Assembly (NCBI GenBank): GCA_021323375.2
Contig: JAJPCT020000025.1
Span: 1-64,000 of the forward strand
Direction of reading: 5' to 3'
Length of the DNA: 64,000 nt
Source of the DNA: Candidatus Wolframiiraptor gerlachensis
GTDB taxonomy: Archaea > Thermoproteota > Nitrososphaeria_A > Caldarchaeales > Wolframiiraptoraceae
A model generated the notes under the pieces. It saw only the letters and a list, made by a program, of their open reading frames with translations. It made no database searches and was not told the origin of the DNA. Positions 59,832 to 64,000 of the stretch are shown one piece after another; position 1 is the stretch's first letter; each line of letters opens with the position of its first letter. Both the position numbers and the translations under genes were made by a program.

Positions 59832-60204
59832 ACCCCCAGATTTCCTATGGAAGAGCCCCTCATATGATTGAGATTTCATTGATGACTTTGTATTCAAAGT
59901 AGCCCCTTAATGTAATCAGGAACGAAGATTAATCAACTGAATACTTGAGAAATGTCGAGTAAACTCTCGAAAACTGTTCGAAGGAGCTCTAAAATTGGTT
60001 TTCTCGGGCTAATGTTTTATTTCCAGTGGAAATATAGGGGTGTGGGTCTTTCGGGAGAACCAATGACACTGCATAACATTTCACATCGTGAAAAAGCCTG
60101 TGAAGTGGCTGAATGAAAAGCCTTTTTCAAGGCCTTTCTTTCGAGACAAGGCAGGATATGCCTCTCCACCAGAAATTGAAGGGACCCCACGCTTTCCGCT
60201 GGAA
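59832..60204. other. replication origin (oriC) with ORB elements
   Basis: ORBs: TTCCATAGGAAATCTGGGGGT (-, 59832-59852), TTCCAGTGGAAATATAGGGGT (+, 60021-60041), TCCACCAGAAATTGAAGGG (+, 60165-60183), TTCCAGCGGAAAGCGTGGGGT (-, 60184-60204). AT-rich spacers, directly upstream of cdc6. Confidence 0.88.
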
Positions 60205-60513
60205 GACTCCATCTGTAAACATATCCTCGTATCCCGGCTCTATACAGGTGTCGTGAAAAGGGAACTAGCCCGGCGTCTAGCGGCTTTCCCGATCAACGTA
60301 GCGTATTCTTCTCATAAATTGAACATTTTTACTAAGGAACTATCTCATGGTTAATCACTTTCTTGAAAACGACCAGACTTATAGCCGGGAACGCTCATCA
60401 TAACAAGCAGGTGAACATATTTTACCGATAATGCCCCTTAATCATAATTGTGATTTCAGGGGCATTCTAGGGTATTATTTGGGATGCGGCGGCTACACGA
60501 AATGCGAAGCTCT

Positions 60514-60891
60514 TCACTCTTGTTCTGTAAAGCGTTCTCTTAGATTTGATGCGAGCTCGAGGGCTTTTAAGAGGCCTATCAAGGTCTTTATAAGCTCTTT
60601 TACCTCCTTTGGATCTGCCGCCCGCTTTAGCGCGATGTTCACCTCCTCGATCTTCGTGGTTAGGGTCTTCACGAGCTCGTTCAATGTAATGCCCGTGAAG
60701 GCCTCCTCGATTTCCTCCTCGCTCGAGACTCTGATCACCCTCTTATTGCACTTCAGGCACCAGATCTGGCCCTTTATTTCGAAGAGGGGACTGCTGCAGA
60801 CCGGGCAGACGTCGGCGAGCATCTTAGCCCCACTCCTAAGGGCATCTGCCATTCTCCGCATATACTCGGCCTCATCCGAGGACATGGCCAC
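60514..60891 (-). CDS. UPF0148 / Sjogren-scleroderma autoantigen 1 family Zn-finger protein
   Basis: MADALRSGAKMLADVCPVCSSPLF...WCLKC. Confidence 0.88.
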   Translation of the reverse strand: MAMSSDEAEYMRRMADALRSGAKMLADVCPVCSSPLFEIKGQIWCLKCNKRVIRVSSEEEIEEAFTGITLNELVKTLTTKIEEVNIALKRAADPKEVKELIKTLIGLLKALELASNLRERFTEQE

Positions 60892-60932
60892 AAAGATATT
60901 CCCGAGATCGAGCTATAAAGATGCTTCCAGTA

Positions 60933-62354
60933 TTACTCCCAGGCCCTTTGGAAAAATCTCTTGAGATAGCGGATGGCCCCTGGGAGCGCTCTCCTAAGGA
61001 TAAAGCCCTTATCAACTATTATATCCTTGAGAACCCGCTTCGGGCTCAGGTAGAAGGTAATATATGCCCAGAGGAGCAGCCTCCTGATCCTCTCGGGAGT
61101 TAGGTAGAGGCTCCTCATGACGACGTCGAGGGTCGTGAATTTCCTCCAATTCCTAGTTAGGAGCAGGTTCTCCTCCACGGCCATATCCCAGAGCCTTGTG
61201 CCGGGGTATGGTGTGGCTATTGTGAACTGGGCGAGATCAACCCCGCAGCCATCAGCAAACCTTATCGTCGCCTTTATGTCCTCCTCCCTCTCATGCGGGA
61301 ATCCTATGATAAATGAGCCAAGCGCGTTTAGTCCACAGTCCTTGGCAGCCCTCACAGCATCCACAGCCTGCCTCCTAGTTATCCCCTTCCCGATAAGTCT
61401 CAGGGTCTCATCTGAACCGGATTCTATGCCGAAGTAGATCGTATGGGCGCCAGCCCTCCTCATGGCCTCGCCGAGGCCCCTACTGAACGTGTTAACCCTG
61501 GAGGAGGCGCTCCATGATATGTCCAGCCTCTCCCTCACGATCATCTTGGATATCTCTTCAGCCCTGCCCATCTTTAGCGTGAAGGTGTCATCGAGGAATT
61601 CGATCTCCCTGACGCCGTAGTCGTATCTCAGCATCATCAGCTCCTCTAGGACCCTCTCGGGGCTATGAGCCCTCCACCTCTTGCCGAACTGAAGTGATGA
61701 GGAGCAGAATATGCAGCCATAGGGACAGCCCCTCGACGTGATTACAGCAGCATACTTGACCTTATCGACGACATACTTCTCCATAGGAAGAAGATCATAG
61801 GCGGGTATTGGAAGCGCGTCCAGGTCATCTATGAGCTTTCCCGGTGGCCCCTCCTTTATCCTGCCCTCCACTCTATACGTTATCCCCGCGATTCCCTCGA
61901 GACCCCTTCCATGCTCAATTCTTTTGAGTATCTCCCTAAATGTCTCCTCCCCCTCGCCTCTAATCACCACGTCGATGTATGGGCATTCTTGGAGGACCTC
62001 ATGGGCCATGAATGTCGCATGTGGTCCGCCGAGAAGGACTAAGATGTCCGGGGAATATTCCTTAACGATCTTAGCGACTGCGTATGCGTCGTAGATCGCC
62101 GGCGTCGTGGCCGTCAACCCAACAATATCGGGCTGGAATCTCTTAACAATATTCGCAACATCCTGAAGCGTTAGGTTCTCCGTGAGACAATCAATTATCT
62201 TGGCCTCCCATCCTTGCTCCCTAGCAACAGCGGCCAAATATGCGAGGCCGAGAGGCGGCCCAGATGCCCCTAAAACCTCCTTAACAACGGATCTCGTGGG
62301 CGGGGAGATAAGTAGAAGCCTCATATCCACCGAATTTTCATGGCAACCACACAT
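60933..62354 (-). CDS. cobalamin-binding radical SAM protein
   Basis: PPLGLAYLAA, GGPHAT, TSRGCPYGCIFC, GIESGS, TPYPGT. Confidence 0.92.
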   Translation of the reverse strand: MCGCHENSVDMRLLLISPPTRSVVKEVLGASGPPLGLAYLAAVAREQGWEAKIIDCLTENLTLQDVANIVKRFQPDIVGLTATTPAIYDAYAVAKIVKEYSPDILVLLGGPHATFMAHEVLQECPYIDVVIRGEGEETFREILKRIEHGRGLEGIAGITYRVEGRIKEGPPGKLIDDLDALPIPAYDLLPMEKYVVDKVKYAAVITSRGCPYGCIFCSSSLQFGKRWRAHSPERVLEELMMLRYDYGVREIEFLDDTFTLKMGRAEEISKMIVRERLDISWSASSRVNTFSRGLGEAMRRAGAHTIYFGIESGSDETLRLIGKGITRRQAVDAVRAAKDCGLNALGSFIIGFPHEREEDIKATIRFADGCGVDLAQFTIATPYPGTRLWDMAVEENLLLTRNWRKFTTLDVVMRSLYLTPERIRRLLLWAYITFYLSPKRVLKDIIVDKGFILRRALPGAIRYLKRFFQRAWE

Positions 62355-62363
62355 AATTATCTC

Positions 62364-63047
62364 TTATTTGCCGATAGTCCTGATCCTTCTCCTAAGCGCT
62401 GGGTCGCGGTCTATCAGCTCATCCAAGACCTGTTCAAATGATTTCTCCTGCGGTATTGTTATCTCACGGTAGACACCAGTCCTGCCATGCTCCCTTCTCC
62501 TCCTGAGGACTCTCACCCTGTTTCTGAGGATCTTTGGATCTATACCGAGGATCGCGGCGGCCTCCTCGATGTTTCTTTCGACTGGCAGCTCGACATGGCC
62601 CTCGGGCGTCGGGATTATCAGCATGAGCTCCTTATTCATGCCTGGAACCCTCAGCCCTCTCCTCAGATCCTCATATGAGAGCTGGCCGGCGAGCCTGTAG
62701 AAGCCCATCTCATCCTCGGTCATCCTCAAGAGGGGTAAAGAGACCGAGGTATAGTCGTCTATCACGAGATATGCCTTGGGCACGTGGCTTGGCGTGGCCT
62801 GAACTAAGATCCTGTCTCTCACCCTCACGCCAGCCTCGAAGAGATATAGCTCCACCATGGCCGTGCTCGCCGGGAATGGTATGAAGACATCTACATCGCT
62901 CTCCTCATCAACATCTCCACGCGCGACACTTCCATAGACTATCGGGTTGAGACCATGATCCAAGAGGGGTTTCATGAGGGCGAGAGCCCTCTCTCGAAGA
63001 CGCGTCAAAAGCCTCCACCGCGCATCATCATACCTCACCTCCAGCAT
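62364..63047 (-). CDS. Pol-beta-like nucleotidyltransferase domain protein (COG2413-like)
   Basis: YGSVARGDV...SDVDVFI, VQATP, GRTGVY. Confidence 0.85.
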   Translation of the reverse strand: MLEVRYDDARWRLLTRLRERALALMKPLLDHGLNPIVYGSVARGDVDEESDVDVFIPFPASTAMVELYLFEAGVRVRDRILVQATPSHVPKAYLVIDDYTSVSLPLLRMTEDEMGFYRLAGQLSYEDLRRGLRVPGMNKELMLIIPTPEGHVELPVERNIEEAAAILGIDPKILRNRVRVLRRRREHGRTGVYREITIPQEKSFEQVLDELIDRDPALRRRIRTIGK

Positions 63048-63098
63048 TCAAGAATATCCTCGAGAAACCCTCCTAAGATTATTTCCCGGCGTCCTCGG

Positions 63099-63653
63099 CT
63101 AGGTTGCTCCAGCCAAGTGCTCGAGCAAGATCTTGAGGCCGAGGAGCACGAGTATGGCGCCCCCTACTATCGAGGCCTTCTCCCCCGCTAAGCCCCTAAC
63201 CCTTAGACCCATGAAGTATCCTAGGATCGCTAGTATGAGGGTGGCGAGGCCGGCTGCGACGGACATGCTGACCACCTCAAGCCCCATAAACGGCGTGCTG
63301 AAGCCAACCGCAAGCGCATCCATACTCGTGGCCACGGAGAGGGTGATGAGAAGCCGGAGTGTGAGAGGCTCACATCCCATCGGCTCACCGCTAAGCCCTC
63401 CCCAGATCATGTGGCCCCCCACAGCGGCCAAGAGAATGAATGCTATCCAGTGATCATAATGGGCTGCTACCTCTATGAGGCTCCCGCCGGCCCATCCCAG
63501 CAATATCATCCCAGCTTGGAAGGCGGCGAATGATGCCGCGAGCAGGAGGGGGGTAAACGCCTTCACGCGCTCCCAGCATGCCCCCGCGGCAAAGGCCGCC
63601 GAGAAGCAGTCAAGGGCCAAGCCAACCGCGATCGCGGCCACAACCTCAATCAT
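63099..63653 (-). CDS. mntP: manganese efflux pump MntP family
   Basis: GLALDCFSAA, FQAGM, DHWIAFILL, ATSMDALAVG. Confidence 0.9.
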   Translation of the reverse strand: MIEVVAAIAVGLALDCFSAAFAAGACWERVKAFTPLLLAASFAAFQAGMILLGWAGGSLIEVAAHYDHWIAFILLAAVGGHMIWGGLSGEPMGCEPLTLRLLITLSVATSMDALAVGFSTPFMGLEVVSMSVAAGLATLILAILGYFMGLRVRGLAGEKASIVGGAILVLLGLKILLEHLAGAT

Positions 63654-63764
63654 TTGACGCTCCCTAGGCTGCTTTCAGGCGAAAAACCTTTGCGCTGGGG
63701 CCATGGCAGAATATATCTTTACGTTCTCAACAAGGTTTCCTCTAGGAGGCGCTGTAAGGCTGGC

Positions 63765-64000
63765 ATGATAGTCGGGCGCGTGGATGCGGTTAAGAGGAGG
63801 ATCGAGCTAACTCCCGAGAGCAGCCTAGACTTGATAAATTTGTTCAGGCTTGTGAAGCCGGGCGATATAGTCTACTCGAAGACATCTAGAGAGCTGAAAA
63901 AGGAGAGGGCGAGCGGTAAGACAGATAGCGAGAGGATACAGGTGATCCTCGGGGTCGAGGTAGAGTCCAAGACGGCGGACCCGCTTATGAGGAGGATTAG
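63765..64000 (+). CDS. pelA: pelota (aPelota) mRNA surveillance protein, N-terminal part
   Basis: Manual translation MIVGRVDAVKRRIELTPESSLDLINLFRLVKPGDIVYSKTSRELKK...ERIQVILGVEVE. Confidence 0.85.
   Translation, partial: MIVGRVDAVKRRIELTPESSLDLINLFRLVKPGDIVYSKTSRELKKERASGKTDSERIQVILGVEVESKTADPLMRRI

Noticed and set aside
60088-60354. 88-aa ORF upstream of cdc6
   Set aside because: It lies across the ORB elements of the origin and is likely spurious.
500-63657. Numerous 60-270 aa antisense or alternate-frame ORFs in the track (e.g. 4432..5079, 29432..30088, 45488..46288)
   Set aside because: They are shadows of well-supported genes on the opposite strand or frame, with Ser/Pro/Leu-rich non-protein-like composition.
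63654-63764. yybP-ykoY Mn riboswitch upstream of mntP
   Set aside because: The gap is short, holds divergent promoters and lacks the consensus motif.

Overview
Chromosomal segment of a thermophilic-type archaeon. The gene content (PolD DP1 next to cdc6/orc1, FtsZ2 with cdrS, NucS, Pus10, RIO2, Lhr, intron-containing tRNAs) fits a TACK-lineage organism such as Aigarchaeota/Nitrososphaeria; this taxonomy is inference. Most of the window is housekeeping: argH (partial), srp54, pus10, metG, ftsZ, lig, ileS, rio2, Lsm, mat, nucS, thrB/thrC, hppA, two SF2 helicases, mtnA, tmk, DP1, cdc6 with an ORB-bearing replication origin, pelota (partial), and five tRNAs (two with introns). There are several small accessory patches. 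The most striking is a ~1.4 kb element at ~27126-28525. It encodes a small ORF and a frameshifted IS110/TasR-like protein (RuvC-like DEDD domain plus a Nop-like domain lacking the IS110 serine loop). Directly downstream is a ~141-nt hairpin with a symmetric dual-guide-like internal loop. The loop's two variable segments match opposite strands of one 13-bp site just downstream of the element's own TATA-like box, making this a candidate RNA-guided, self-targeting system. Other notable items are an unannotated cdrS, a riboswitch-like ileS leader, a CBS-HPF hibernation-factor candidate and decayed integrated-element remnants next to tRNAs. All protein calls come from motif recognition, not database searches.
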